Shown here piece by piece: positions 31,362-42,813 of a stretch of 58,354 nucleotides of DNA. The first letter of the stretch is position 1. The number at the start of each line of letters is the position of its first letter. Origin of the DNA: an uncultured Erysipelotrichaceae bacterium (GTDB lineage: Bacteria; Bacillota_I; Bacilli_A; RF39; UBA660); NCBI GenBank assembly GCA_902779035.1, contig CACZAH010000005.1, positions 1-58,354 of the forward strand, in the 5' to 3' direction. The translations under genes and the position numbers were made by a program. A model generated the notes under the pieces. The model searched no databases. It was not told the DNA's origin and worked only from the letters and a program-made list of their open reading frames with translations.

Positions 31362-31363
31362 AT

Positions 31364-33160
31364 TTATTCCTCCATAGAGAGTACTGCTAAAAATGCTTCC
31401 TGTGGCACTTCAACATTACCTACCATTTTCATTCTTTTCTTACCTTCTTTTTGTGCTTCTAAAAGTTTACGCTTTCTAGATACATCTCCACCGTAACACT
31501 TCGCAAGCACATTTTTTCTAACTGCTTTAATATCAGTTCTAGCTATTGCCTTAGTACCAATTACTGCTTGTATTGGTATTTCAAATTGTTGACGAGGTAT
31601 TAGTTTACGTAAATTCTCTACTATTGCTTTACCTCTATTATAAGCAAAGTCTTTATGTACAATTAGGCTTAATGCATCTACTATCTTACCATTTAGAAGT
31701 ATATCCATTTTAACTAATTTAGACTCTTTATAACCAATTACTTCATAGTCAAACGAAGCATATCCTTTCGTAGTTGACTTTAATCTATCAAAGAAATCAT
31801 ATACTATTTCTGATAAAGGTATTTCATAATGAATATTTACTCTAGTACTGTCTATATATTCCATTGATACATAATTACCTCTTTTATCCTGACATAGTTT
31901 CATAATCGAACCTATATATTCACTGGGTACAAAGATATTTGTTTTAATGAAAGGCTCAAGTATTTTACTTATTCTCCCTCTTTCTGGCATCTTAGATGGT
32001 GAGTCAATATAAATACTAGTGTCATCAGTAAGTTCTACTTTATATACTACACTAGGACTAGTTGCGATTAAATCTATATTAAACTCACGTTCAATACGTT
32101 CTTCAATTATCTCCATATGAAGTAGACCTAAAAATCCACACCTAAATCCAAAACCTAATGCCTCACTAGTTTCTGGCTCATACTCTAATGATGCATCATT
32201 TAACTTTAACTTATCTAGTGCTTCTCTTAAAGCTGGAAACTTATTAGATTCTATTGGATATAATCCGCAGAATACCATTGGTTTCATTGGTTTATATCCT
32301 GATAGTGCCTCAGTATTAGTACCCGATAAAATAATTGTATCTCCTACTTTAACATCACTAATACTTTTAATACTGGCAGTAATAAAACCAACTTCACCAC
32401 TAACTAGTTTATCTTTCAAAGATTCTTTTGGAGTATGCACACCAACACTAACTACTTCATATTCAGCGTTAGTTGCAAGCATCTTAATCTTATCTCCTAC
32501 TTTAATTTCTCCATTAAAGATACGTGTTAATATTACAATACCACGATATGCATCAAAGTATGAATCAAATATTAATGCTTGTAACTCGTTAGAATTACTA
32601 GTTGGAGCAGGTACTCTTTTTATTACTTCTTCAACTAATTCTTTAATACCTACACCCGTTTTACCACTACAAAGAAGTATTTCATCCTCACTAAATCCAA
32701 GTGAATCTACTAACTCTTTTTTAACTCTATCTACATCTGCATTAGGTAAATCTATCTTATTTATAACAGGTATAATAGTTAGATTATTCTCTATTGCAAG
32801 ATACAAGTTAGCTAGAGTTTGTGCTTCTATACCTTGAGCAGCATCTACAACAAGTATTGCACCTTCACATGCAGCAAGACTCCTTGATACTTCATAAGAA
32901 AAATCAACATGTCCTGGTGTATCTATTAAGTTTAAAGTATACTCAGTACCATCTAATTTATATTTTAATTCTACTGCATTTAATTTAATTGTAATTCCTC
33001 TCTCACGCTCAATATCCATACTATCTAGCATTTGTGACTTAATTTCTCTTTTAGTAACTGCATTAGTTACTTCAAGAATTCTATCAGCAATTGTACTTTT
33101 GCCATGATCGATATGAGCAATAATTGAAAAATTACGTAAACAATTCATATTCATAAACAT
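31364..33160 (-). CDS. lepA: Elongation factor 4
   Basis: [40 protein letters not shown]. Confidence 0.97.
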   Translation of the reverse strand: MFMNMNCLRNFSIIAHIDHGKSTIADRILEVTNAVTKREIKSQMLDSMDIERERGITIKLNAVELKYKLDGTEYTLNLIDTPGHVDFSYEVSRSLAACEGAILVVDAAQGIEAQTLANLYLAIENNLTIIPVINKIDLPNADVDRVKKELVDSLGFSEDEILLCSGKTGVGIKELVEEVIKRVPAPTSNSNELQALIFDSYFDAYRGIVILTRIFNGEIKVGDKIKMLATNAEYEVVSVGVHTPKESLKDKLVSGEVGFITASIKSISDVKVGDTIILSGTNTEALSGYKPMKPMVFCGLYPIESNKFPALREALDKLKLNDASLEYEPETSEALGFGFRCGFLGLLHMEIIEERIEREFNIDLIATSPSVVYKVELTDDTSIYIDSPSKMPERGRISKILEPFIKTNIFVPSEYIGSIMKLCQDKRGNYVSMEYIDSTRVNIHYEIPLSEIVYDFFDRLKSTTKGYASFDYEVIGYKESKLVKMDILLNGKIVDALSLIVHKDFAYNRGKAIVENLRKLIPRQQFEIPIQAVIGTKAIARTDIKAVRKNVLAKCYGGDVSRKRKLLEAQKEGKKRMKMVGNVEVPQEAFLAVLSMEE

Positions 33161-33216
33161 CACATAAGTAATTGTATCATATAAAGTAAAAAAACTCTAT
33201 TATTTATAAATTTTTT

Positions 33217-34758
33217 CTACTTAATATAATCATTTATATAAGGTATAACTTGTTTCTTTCTTGATGTTAAGCCTTTAATAAATACTCCTTCATATATATC
33301 ACTAGGATTAAATGAATCTTTTAACATTTCTTCACAACCACTAGTATATAGAATATAAGAACCATTATTAAGTACATCAGTAATAATAAATATTATAAAC
33401 TCTAACCCTTGATTATTACATCTATCTTCCATTATAGATATATATTCATCTTTATCTTTCATAATACTATCAATATCTAGAGTAATAGTCTGTCCAACTG
33501 CATACTTCTTATCATCTACCTGGAAATTCTTATAATCCTGAGTTAATACTTCTAACTTAGTTAAACCTTCAATACTAGTTCCAGCTTTAAGCATTTCTTT
33601 ATAATAAGATTTATAATCAATGTTCATATCATGAGCAAGTAATTCTACTGTTATTTTATCAAGTTCTGTTGTTGTACTACTAGTAAGACATAATGTATCA
33701 GAAAGTATTCCCGAAATCATCATACCTTTAATCTCATATGGAATATCAATTAATCTTTCTCTATACATTTGATAAACTATTGTATTAGTACTACCTACTG
33801 CCATATTTCTAAAGTTAATAGGATCACTTGTAGATAAATCACCTATTTTATGATGATCAACCACTTCAATAATATTTGCTTCATTAAGTCCATCTACACT
33901 CTGCGCTGATTCATTATGATCAACAAGTATAACTTTTTTATTATGTTTAATATTCTTATCAGTTACTCTAATAAGCCCTAAACATTCATTCCTTTTACCA
34001 ATTACAGGATAGTTATTATGTCCAAGTCTTTTTGCTTCTTTTAAAAACTCATAGAAGTTATCATTTTGATTAAATTTATAAAAATTATTCTCATTCATTA
34101 AATTCTTTATATAGACACTATTCATTACTCTTTTTATAGTTTTAAATAAATCTAAATTAGTTTTAATTACATTTATTCTTTTTTCTTTTAATTCTTCTAA
34201 TTCAGCATTACTAATATTATCAAACACTATAATAGTATTAATAAAATTATTGTCTTCTATTGAAATATATTTATCTTTAACAACTATATTGCCTAATATT
34301 TCATCACTAAATTTAGATATAGTCTCTCCATTAACCAACTTAATTAAATTACCAAATGATGTTTCAATATTATAATCATCATTAATCATTCTTCTAACTA
34401 TATCTTTAGATGTAATTACTCCAATAATTTTTTTATTCTTGTCTACTACAGGTGCACCTGTAATACCATGTTCATTAAAATATTTATAAGTATCAATAAT
34501 AGTATCATTTTCATATACTTGATACCCTTTACAATAATCAACATCTTTAATCTGCAATCTAACACTATCTAAATACTTAGGTTCTTTTACTTTAAAATAA
34601 TCAAGTACAAATTTTGTTTCTTTATTAATTTCACCTAATACTCTAGCTTCGGCATTCATACCTAATCTTCTTTTTAGATGCGCAACAGCAATCGCACTAG
34701 TCACACTATCTGTATCTGGCTTTTGATGACCAAATACATATACTTTTTCTCTTGCCAT
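33217..34758 (-). CDS. ppaC: Mn-dependent inorganic pyrophosphatase with CBS domains
   Basis: GHQKPDTDS, LVDHNE, DHH, SDT, SRKKQ; CBS insert. Confidence 0.9.
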   Translation of the reverse strand: MAREKVYVFGHQKPDTDSVTSAIAVAHLKRRLGMNAEARVLGEINKETKFVLDYFKVKEPKYLDSVRLQIKDVDYCKGYQVYENDTIIDTYKYFNEHGITGAPVVDKNKKIIGVITSKDIVRRMINDDYNIETSFGNLIKLVNGETISKFSDEILGNIVVKDKYISIEDNNFINTIIVFDNISNAELEELKEKRINVIKTNLDLFKTIKRVMNSVYIKNLMNENNFYKFNQNDNFYEFLKEAKRLGHNNYPVIGKRNECLGLIRVTDKNIKHNKKVILVDHNESAQSVDGLNEANIIEVVDHHKIGDLSTSDPINFRNMAVGSTNTIVYQMYRERLIDIPYEIKGMMISGILSDTLCLTSSTTTELDKITVELLAHDMNIDYKSYYKEMLKAGTSIEGLTKLEVLTQDYKNFQVDDKKYAVGQTITLDIDSIMKDKDEYISIMEDRCNNQGLEFIIFIITDVLNNGSYILYTSGCEEMLKDSFNPSDIYEGVFIKGLTSRKKQVIPYINDYIK

Positions 34759-34785
34759 AACTCCTCCTAACTTTTCCATTTCTAT

Positions 34786-36903
34786 CTAGCTTCTATTTTC
34801 TAAATTCACTTCAAGTATTCCAGATACTTGTGAACCTTCAGGTATACTTTGTGATACTGCATAACCTGTACCATTTATTTTATAATCAATTCCAAGTAAT
34901 TTACACAATCTTACTACATCATTTCTAGACCAACCTGTTATATTTGGCATAGTTATTATTTCTCCATCTGTTACCAAGAATACTTTATAGTTATTAACTA
35001 ATATAGTACCTTTATTAGGATACTGTTTAATTATTTTATCTCCACTTCCTATTACTACAGTATTAATACCTTTACTATTTAAATCATTAACTATATCAGA
35101 AATATTTTTTCCTAAATAGTAATCAGATTTAATAATTTTACTAACGCTCTCTCCTTCATTAAACATATTATAGTATTTAGCAATATTCTTAGTTAATTCT
35201 TGAATAGAATCAGATAAAGCATAATTTTGATTATGGCTTGGTTTCTTAGTTGCTGCATATATTATTATTTTAGGATTATCCTTAGGATACATCATTGAAA
35301 TAGATGATATATAATCTGTTGTACCTGTTAAATACCTACCATTTTCATAAATTTGAGCTGTACCAGTTTTACCAATGATACCAAAATTTTCAATATAGTA
35401 TTTATGACCCGTTGCCCAATCATCACTAACTACTTTCTCCATTAAATCCTTTATTTTAACAACAGTATCATGACTTACCACATTATTAGTTTTCTTTATT
35501 TTAGTAATAGTTTCTTTATTATTCTTCTTACTATCTGTTTTGTCTACAATATGTGGTTTTACCATTACTCCATCATTAGCTATTATCGATAAAGCTTGCA
35601 AGTGTTGAATAGGAGTTGTAAGTATACCTTGACCATAACCTGCTGCATATACTTCTATTGGATATCTAAAGTTTAGTTTACCAGTAGCCTCCCCCGATAA
35701 CTCAATACCAGTAGTATCTCCAAATCCATATTTAGTAAAACATTCTTTTAATTCATCACGAGATAAATACTTAGAAATTATATTAGCTATCGCAGTATTA
35801 CTAGAATATTCAAATCCAGTATCATAACTAATCTCTCCCCAGCCATTTTTATCCCAGTCATTGATCTGATCTTCTTCATCAACTTTAAAGTAACCAGATT
35901 TATATTTTTCTTCCCCGTTATATACACCTTTTTCCATCGCACACATATAAGTATATATCTTCATTGTACTACCTGGTTCAAAGGTATATGATACAAGCGG
36001 ATTTTCATAAGACATATCAGCAGGTATATTATTAGGATCAAATGATGTAGATGAGCTACTACCTAGAATAGCCCCTGTTTTTGCATCCATTACTTCTATT
36101 AATGTCCATTCTGGTTCATACTCAGAATCTACTTTATATATCGCACTTTCAACAAACCTTTGAATACTGGAATCAATTGTTAAGTAGATATCATCCCCAT
36201 CTATTGCATCAACATTCTCCTCAGGTGTATTAGGAATCTTATACCCAAACTTATCTTGTTCATATCTATCATAACCATTAATGCCTGTTAATATATCATT
36301 AAATTTTGCTTCTATACCAAGTTTCCCTGCAATTATTCCATTATCATCTGGCTTAGCATAACCAACTATATATGATGCAAAATTACCTGATGGATAATAC
36401 CTATTTACTGTTTTTTCAAAATCTAATCCAGCAATTTCTAAAGACTCTATTTCTTTTTTCTTTAACTCAGTTATATTTCTACCAAATGCTCCAAATTGTA
36501 CTTGATATTGTTTTTTGTTAAGGCGCTCTAATATATATTCATAATCTGCCCCCAACACTTGTGAGAGTTTACGAGCAGTATCCTCTTTATCTATTACATG
36601 AGCAGGTTTATTATTACTATCAACCCTTTTCTCATCTAAGTAAGCAATTAATGTATATGATGTTACATTTAGAGCAAGAGTATCCCCATTTACATCAAAA
36701 ATATGACCACGTTCTGCAATTTTTTCTTTAGTTACAGTATTTCTATTAGCTGCAAACTTAGTCATATCAATACCATATATTTTACGAGATAATGATAAAT
36801 ATGCATATTGACCATACAATATTAAAATAAAAACTAAAAAAATAAAAAATAATATATTTGCTGATTTCCATTTAGTTCTAATCTTCTTATTATGCTTCTT
36901 CAT
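34786..36903 (-). CDS. Class B penicillin-binding protein with PASTA domains (Pbp2B/FtsI-like)
   Basis: RG.IFD, EPGSTMK, YSSN, GKTGTAQ, two PASTA repeats. Confidence 0.9.
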   Translation of the reverse strand: MKKHNKKIRTKWKSANILFFIFLVFILILYGQYAYLSLSRKIYGIDMTKFAANRNTVTKEKIAERGHIFDVNGDTLALNVTSYTLIAYLDEKRVDSNNKPAHVIDKEDTARKLSQVLGADYEYILERLNKKQYQVQFGAFGRNITELKKKEIESLEIAGLDFEKTVNRYYPSGNFASYIVGYAKPDDNGIIAGKLGIEAKFNDILTGINGYDRYEQDKFGYKIPNTPEENVDAIDGDDIYLTIDSSIQRFVESAIYKVDSEYEPEWTLIEVMDAKTGAILGSSSSTSFDPNNIPADMSYENPLVSYTFEPGSTMKIYTYMCAMEKGVYNGEEKYKSGYFKVDEEDQINDWDKNGWGEISYDTGFEYSSNTAIANIISKYLSRDELKECFTKYGFGDTTGIELSGEATGKLNFRYPIEVYAAGYGQGILTTPIQHLQALSIIANDGVMVKPHIVDKTDSKKNNKETITKIKKTNNVVSHDTVVKIKDLMEKVVSDDWATGHKYYIENFGIIGKTGTAQIYENGRYLTGTTDYISSISMMYPKDNPKIIIYAATKKPSHNQNYALSDSIQELTKNIAKYYNMFNEGESVSKIIKSDYYLGKNISDIVNDLNSKGINTVVIGSGDKIIKQYPNKGTILVNNYKVFLVTDGEIITMPNITGWSRNDVVRLCKLLGIDYKINGTGYAVSQSIPEGSQVSGILEVNLENRS

Positions 36904-36984
36904 ATTCACCATCCTCATCTACTCTACTTACATTTTACCATAATATTAAAAAAATATATACAATCTTGTATAAACTTTTTTAAA

Positions 36985-39900
36985 TTAATTAACTAATGTA
37001 TAATTCATATCTACAATCTTTTTATCTAATATTGAATAAAGGTAAGTATAAACTTTCTTACCAGTAATACGCTCTATATAATTCTTATATCCTTCTAACT
37101 GTTTAATATAAGCAGTATCACTTGTATTCTTTAACTTATAATCAATTATATTAATATAGTTATCATACTCAAGCATTAAGTCAATAAAACCATGATATTC
37201 TATATTACCTAATACATATTTAAACTCATACTCTTTATATATCTTACAATTTAAATTATGCATTATATCACTATCTAAGAAGGCCTTAATAAACTCGATA
37301 TAATTCTTATCAATAATATTATAGTTAGGATTTTTAAAATCAATCATCTCAAGTATATAGTGTATCTTAGTTCCTAAATCAATATTCTTCTGTTCTTTCT
37401 TACTAATAACCTCTTTATTACTTTTAGAAAAATGTTTACTACCTAACTCATTATATGTAATATCTAACTCTTTATCTTTAATATAATCGTCAGTTTCAGT
37501 TATATATTTACTTATATCAGGATTAATTATATCTTTATAATTAGAATCAATATCAACATCTACATTCTTAATAGTACCCTCTATTACACTATATATAGAG
37601 TTAAGTATATCTAAAAAAGACATGTATTTAAGTTTAACAATATCATTAAATGGTTCTTCATTATACTTAAGACTAGTTACTATAATCATTTTCTCTCTAG
37701 CTCTAGTAAGTCCTACATAAAATAGTCTAATTTTTTCCGATATCTCTTCTTTTATATAATTATCACGAACTAACTCTTTAACAAATGTATCATTAATACT
37801 ATCAGTAAATATAGGTAGTATCATACCATACTTATCATAATAAAATAGTGTTTCTTTTAAATCTCTAATATTAAACTTTTTATGCATTCCTGTGTAGTAG
37901 CACACCGGAAACTCTAACCCTTTAGATTTATGAATATTCATAATCTTAACAGAATCACCACTATCAGTATTAAGAGAATACTTTATCTCAGTCTTATCTA
38001 TATTATTTAAATAATTTATAAACTCATTGTTACTATAACCTAAGTTATCTAAATTACGAGCTATATCTGATAAATAATAGATTCTAACTATAGTATCATT
38101 AATACTTCCTACTTTAATAGTTTTATTATATATATCAAATACTTCTACTACTCTATTTAATAATTCAATATTATTTATATTATCTAACTCATAACTAATA
38201 GCCTGACACTTTTTAAATATAGTACTTTCAAATATCTTATTATCTTTAATAGTATTAAATATCTCATTATCACTAATAGAAAATAAATAACTTCTAGCTA
38301 TACTTACATAATAATATCTAAACTCTCTATCGTATTTTTTATTCTTAATCTTATTTATTAGATTTAATATATTTTTAATAAGAATAATATCCGTACCATC
38401 AGATAGTACATTATCCATATACATAACAAGAGGTATATTTAAATACTCAAATATCTGTTTATACTTTAAAAACTCAGTATTCCTATCCATAATAATACAT
38501 ATATCACTATAAGTAATATCACGCATCTTAAAAGTCTTCTTATCCATTACTTGATATTTATTATCTATCTTATTCTTAATATCACGAGCAGTTATAAATA
38601 TTTCTGCTTCTTCTTTAGTATAAGACTTATCCTCACTCTCTTCATAATTAAGTATAGTTAAGTAATTACTAGGATCTATATTATAAGCAGTATTACCAAA
38701 TACCATTTGATGAGACTTAATATAATCTGCTCCACCTATATCTAAACTCATTACTTTATTAAATATATCATTAATCGCATCTAATACTTCTTTACGGGAT
38801 CTAAAATTCTTAAGTAAATCAATCTTATATCCTCCATTATTATCCTGATAGTTAATATACTTCTCTTTAAATATATTAGGATTAGCATTTCTAAAACGAT
38901 ATATAGATTGTTTAATATCCCCTACCATATATACATTATTATTGCTTATTAGATTAATAAAAGTTTCCTGTAAGTCACTAGTATCCTGATACTCATCTAC
39001 CATAATCTCGTTATAGTAGTTCTTTAACTCTTCTCTAATACTAGGATTATCACGAACTACTTTTATTGCCATCTTAGCTATATCTATAAATTCATAAGAA
39101 TTATTATCACTTTTAAATTTATTAATTCTACTATCTAACTTATTAATAATCTCAATTATAATACTTGCATAATCTCTAGTATCTAATAACTCATCTAAGT
39201 TATAACTACATAATCTTTTAATCTCTTTAATTAAATCACTAATATTATTCTTATACTTCTTAGTTAAATCATCAGCTTTAGAAAGCCTAGGTAATTTAAT
39301 ATCAATATTATTATTAATATCTTCTATAGTCTTAGACATAAGTAATGGATTTAAAACTTCAGTAATCTTATCATAATAAGTTCCATCACAGTAACTCATT
39401 AAATAATTTAAATTATACTTAATCTCTTTAATCTTATTTAATAGTAATTCTAAGTAATCATTTTTTAATATATTAATATTAGTATCATGATAATACTCAC
39501 TAATATAATTATCTAAATACTCTTTCTTATCAATCTTTAAATCTAAGCTATTACTAATCTTAATAATAGAATTGATTAAATCTTTATCATCCTTAAAACA
39601 ATAATCATTAACTAATTTAGTAAATAATTCATTAGGATTACTATAATACTCATTAAATATATCATTCATAATCTCTAACTTCTTAATATTAATAATAGAA
39701 GAATCAATAATACTTATATTCTTACTAATATTAAGTAAATAACTATACTTCTTAACTATATATAATGAATAAGAATCAAAAGTAGTAATAAAAGATGCAT
39801 CAATTAAATCAAGTTGTCTATCTAATTTATTAGATATTATCTTATCCCTAATTCTACCCTTCATCTCTTTAGCAGCCTCTTTAGTAAAAGTTAGAATAAG

Positions 39901-40050
39901 TAACTTATCTATATCAACACCATCATTTAATTTACGTATAACTCTTTCCGATAATACAGCAGTCTTACCTGATCCAGCTCCCGCACTAACTATAATAGAA
40001 GTCTTATCTTTATCAATAGCAAGTTGTTGGTCTAAAGTAAACTTAGGCAT
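36985..40050 (-). CDS. addA: UvrD-type helicase/nuclease AddA
   Basis: SAGAGSGKT, VDEYQD, VGDIKQSIYRFR, IHKSKGLEF, YVGLTRA, C-terminal IIDYK nuclease; ATG 40050 after AGGAGG. Confidence 0.88.
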   Translation of the reverse strand: MPKFTLDQQLAIDKDKTSIIVSAGAGSGKTAVLSERVIRKLNDGVDIDKLLILTFTKEAAKEMKGRIRDKIISNKLDRQLDLIDASFITTFDSYSLYIVKKYSYLLNISKNISIIDSSIINIKKLEIMNDIFNEYYSNPNELFTKLVNDYCFKDDKDLINSIIKISNSLDLKIDKKEYLDNYISEYYHDTNINILKNDYLELLLNKIKEIKYNLNYLMSYCDGTYYDKITEVLNPLLMSKTIEDINNNIDIKLPRLSKADDLTKKYKNNISDLIKEIKRLCSYNLDELLDTRDYASIIIEIINKLDSRINKFKSDNNSYEFIDIAKMAIKVVRDNPSIREELKNYYNEIMVDEYQDTSDLQETFINLISNNNVYMVGDIKQSIYRFRNANPNIFKEKYINYQDNNGGYKIDLLKNFRSRKEVLDAINDIFNKVMSLDIGGADYIKSHQMVFGNTAYNIDPSNYLTILNYEESEDKSYTKEEAEIFITARDIKNKIDNKYQVMDKKTFKMRDITYSDICIIMDRNTEFLKYKQIFEYLNIPLVMYMDNVLSDGTDIILIKNILNLINKIKNKKYDREFRYYYVSIARSYLFSISDNEIFNTIKDNKIFESTIFKKCQAISYELDNINNIELLNRVVEVFDIYNKTIKVGSINDTIVRIYYLSDIARNLDNLGYSNNEFINYLNNIDKTEIKYSLNTDSGDSVKIMNIHKSKGLEFPVCYYTGMHKKFNIRDLKETLFYYDKYGMILPIFTDSINDTFVKELVRDNYIKEEISEKIRLFYVGLTRAREKMIIVTSLKYNEEPFNDIVKLKYMSFLDILNSIYSVIEGTIKNVDVDIDSNYKDIINPDISKYITETDDYIKDKELDITYNELGSKHFSKSNKEVISKKEQKNIDLGTKIHYILEMIDFKNPNYNIIDKNYIEFIKAFLDSDIMHNLNCKIYKEYEFKYVLGNIEYHGFIDLMLEYDNYINIIDYKLKNTSDTAYIKQLEGYKNYIERITGKKVYTYLYSILDKKIVDMNYTLVN

Positions 40051-40092
40051 ATAACACCTCCTAAACAATGTAATGTAATATAATTATACAAT

Positions 40093-41574
40093 CTTATAAC
40101 CGGACAGTTTTTCATATAGAGCAAAATCGAGGATTTATACCCTCGACTCTTTTCATTGCTTATACGACATTTTTCTGCTAAAATATAAATAGAAAAAAAT
40201 AAAAGAAAGCAGGTTGTCGTATGAATAAAGTATATAATAGTCAAGATGAAATTGCAAGTAATATCGTGGAACTTTTAAAAAAATGTGGAATTTTAAGAAA
40301 AACTTGTGCTTAAGATTATACCTTATATTATTATCGGAATGATTTCAGCTAGTTCTTCTGTTGCTTCTGATATTGCTGCCAAGTTAAAAGGAAGTTTTTC
40401 TTTAGTTCAGCATGATTCCGTTATCAGAAGAATAAAAAGATTTTTTACTAATAAACTTTTTAACCCCTATGATTTTTACGATAAAATCATAAGATTTGTT
40501 ATTTCTAATTATACTATAAAGCATAGTGATAAACGTGTACACATAGTTTTTGACCATATGTTTTCTCACGATAATTACACTGTTTTTATGATTACATTAA
40601 GAGTGGTGAAACTTGTGCATTCCGTTATGGTTTAGATGCTATAAAGGGAAAGATGAGCCTAAAGCATTGGATAAGGGAATGTTAAAAAAAGGAATCTCAT
40701 ATGCGTCATCACTATTTCCAGCTGACTATGACTTAATATTTCTTGCTGATAGATGGTTTAATTCAACTTTACTTCTTGATCATATTGATTCCTTAGGAAG
40801 AACCTATGTTGTTAGACTAAAAGGAAATATAAGGTGTTATGTTTATGATAAAAAAGAGGGGCATAAAATTTGGACAACTACTGGTAATTTATACGCTTAT
40901 GAAAACAAATCAGCATTCTATAATGATATTGAAATTACTAACAAGCAATTTAAAACAAATATCACAGTAAGTAAAAAGAAAGGTGTTAAAGAACCATGGA
41001 TTGTTGCCACAAATTGAGATACTAAAAGAGCTATTAAAGATTATGGTTATCGCTTTGGTGGAATAGAAACAGTATTTAAAAATCAAAAATCTAATGGTTT
41101 TTATTTAGAATCAACGGTTAAAGCTGATATCAAATATTTTGAATCAATGTATACTTTTGTCTATTTTCTGTACTTTTTCTTACAATATATGGAGCAAATT
41201 ATACTAAAAACTCCAAATGTTATAAAAACGTCAAAGTTACTACCCACAAATATATCAATGGAACTAAAACACGAGTTATGTCTTTGTTTAGCATAGGACT
41301 AATGTTATTTAATAAAGCAATAAATTCCCTGAAATACATTCGGATACCTTTCGCACTAAAATTGTACGATACCTAAATACTCACTTATACAATTGATGAA
41401 TGTTTTAAAAATTCAAAATTTGAATTCTTTTTGGCATGTGCATTTTTAAGTGTTACATGCATAATTAATGAAACAAACCGTGAATATCGTCAACTACTGG
41501 ACGAATATATTCACGGTTTTTCCATCATTTATCCCCTAAATTACAACGGTTTTCTAAAACTGTCCGGTTATAAG
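40093..41574 (+). mobile_element. Degenerate IS4-like DDE insertion sequence (~1.48 kb)
   Basis: Perfect 19-bp terminal IRs cttataaccggacagtttt (40093-40111) / aaaactgtccggttataag (41556-41574); no flanking TSD seen. Confidence 0.85.
40221..41376 (+). pseudogene. Transposase pseudogene with multiple frameshifts and a stop
   Basis: Fragments with HIVFD, FLADRWF, EPWIVATN, YGYRFGGIETVFKNQKSNGF (DDE, YREK-like). Confidence 0.85.
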
Positions 41575-41606
41575 TTAATGAGACCTTAATGAGACCAGAG
41601 CCCTGT

Positions 41607-42500
41607 TCATGCCGAGATTTCAGATTTAGAAAGTATTATAACTGGACGAACTTTGCCACCTAAATTGACATCATTGTAGGTCAAACGCCCATCATATACC
41701 ATATACCAAACTCTATTTGATGATCCGTTATATGAACTCATTGTCCAATATTGCAAACCATTATATAACCAATTTGGAACATTCTCACCTTTTGAATAAC
41801 TTGTTTCTGAATTTTTTATATATCCCAAATTTATTAGATCTTCTACCGTTATTAAGCGAACTTCTTCAGTTTCTGGTGCATTAACTACTTTCCAAGCATC
41901 TAATGTAGTTTTAATGTATGAACCATCATATTCGTTACTATTTGAATGATACATCATATTTCCAACTCCACCTCCAATCACATCAGCTCCAGGTGAATAC
42001 TCTATAATTTCATCAGAACTCAATGGCTCTTTTTTTAACAACTTAACATTCAATTGTTTAGAATCACTATTCTCTATTACATAATAATCAACACCATTAT
42101 ATGTTACTTCATCTCCTACTGAATATGTATCATATGTTACAACTTGTAATTTTCCATACTCATAATCACCTGTACTTCTTCCAGCAACAGTACATCCAGT
42201 TAAGTATACAGAGGAATCACTGTTTAACTGTGTAGTTTCACATACTACTTCATTACCACTATATTCAATTGTAAGTTGATCTATTGATGTTGGAAACCTT
42301 CCTGTATCTAGTAAATATGAAGCTATTGCTAGTTCTATAGATCTACCATATGCATCTACACTACGTCTATCTGCAGATATTCTAGCTTTTCTTATTATGT
42401 TCATTACAAGTGGAGTAACTATTAAAGCGATAATTGCCATTATTACTAATACTGCTATTAACTCTATCAGAGTAAAAGCATTTCTTTTTCTTTTAAACAT
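41607..42500 (-). CDS. Prepilin-type N-terminal cleavage protein with C-terminal DUF6273/C-type-lectin-like domain
   Basis: KRNA|FTLIELIAVLVI; C-terminus YWTMS..VWY..VRPVIIL. Confidence 0.85.
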   Translation of the reverse strand: MFKRKRNAFTLIELIAVLVIMAIIALIVTPLVMNIIRKARISADRRSVDAYGRSIELAIASYLLDTGRFPTSIDQLTIEYSGNEVVCETTQLNSDSSVYLTGCTVAGRSTGDYEYGKLQVVTYDTYSVGDEVTYNGVDYYVIENSDSKQLNVKLLKKEPLSSDEIIEYSPGADVIGGGVGNMMYHSNSNEYDGSYIKTTLDAWKVVNAPETEEVRLITVEDLINLGYIKNSETSYSKGENVPNWLYNGLQYWTMSSYNGSSNRVWYMVYDGRLTYNDVNLGGKVRPVIILSKSEISA

Positions 42501-42609
42501 AAATTACCTTCTTTCTTATAATTTCATGGATTCTATTTTTAGTGTATACCATGATTACACTTTTATACACTCTACAATACTATCTTTCATCACCTTACCT
42601 TCTGATATT

Positions 42610-42638
42610 AGTTTACTAAAAAAAAAAAAAAAAGTCAA
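42610..42638 (-). promoter_or_regulatory. Sigma-A promoter with homopolymeric T16 tract forming the spacer
   Basis: Minus strand TTGACT-T15AG (17 bp)-TAAACT; A16 at 42618-42633 on +. Confidence 0.8.
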
Positions 42639-42813
42639 CCCTATTTTGAAAATTTGTTAACTTTTACAATTATCTTACCTAATTGTTATTGACACATGTA
42701 TTATACGTGTTAAAATATTTATTCGGATATGTTTGAATTTCAGATGTTTTCCTTTCGTAAAAACAATTTGGCTTATGAAACAGTGGGTTTTGGTTACGAA
42801 AGGATGTGGTAGT

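Noticed and set aside
41476-41519. actggacgaa match to the pilin 3' end, considered as a DGR template repeat
   Set aside because: Only 10 nt and part of a subterminal hairpin of the IS (aaaccgtgaatat/atattcacggttt); no extended adenine-specific similarity and no reverse transcriptase in the window
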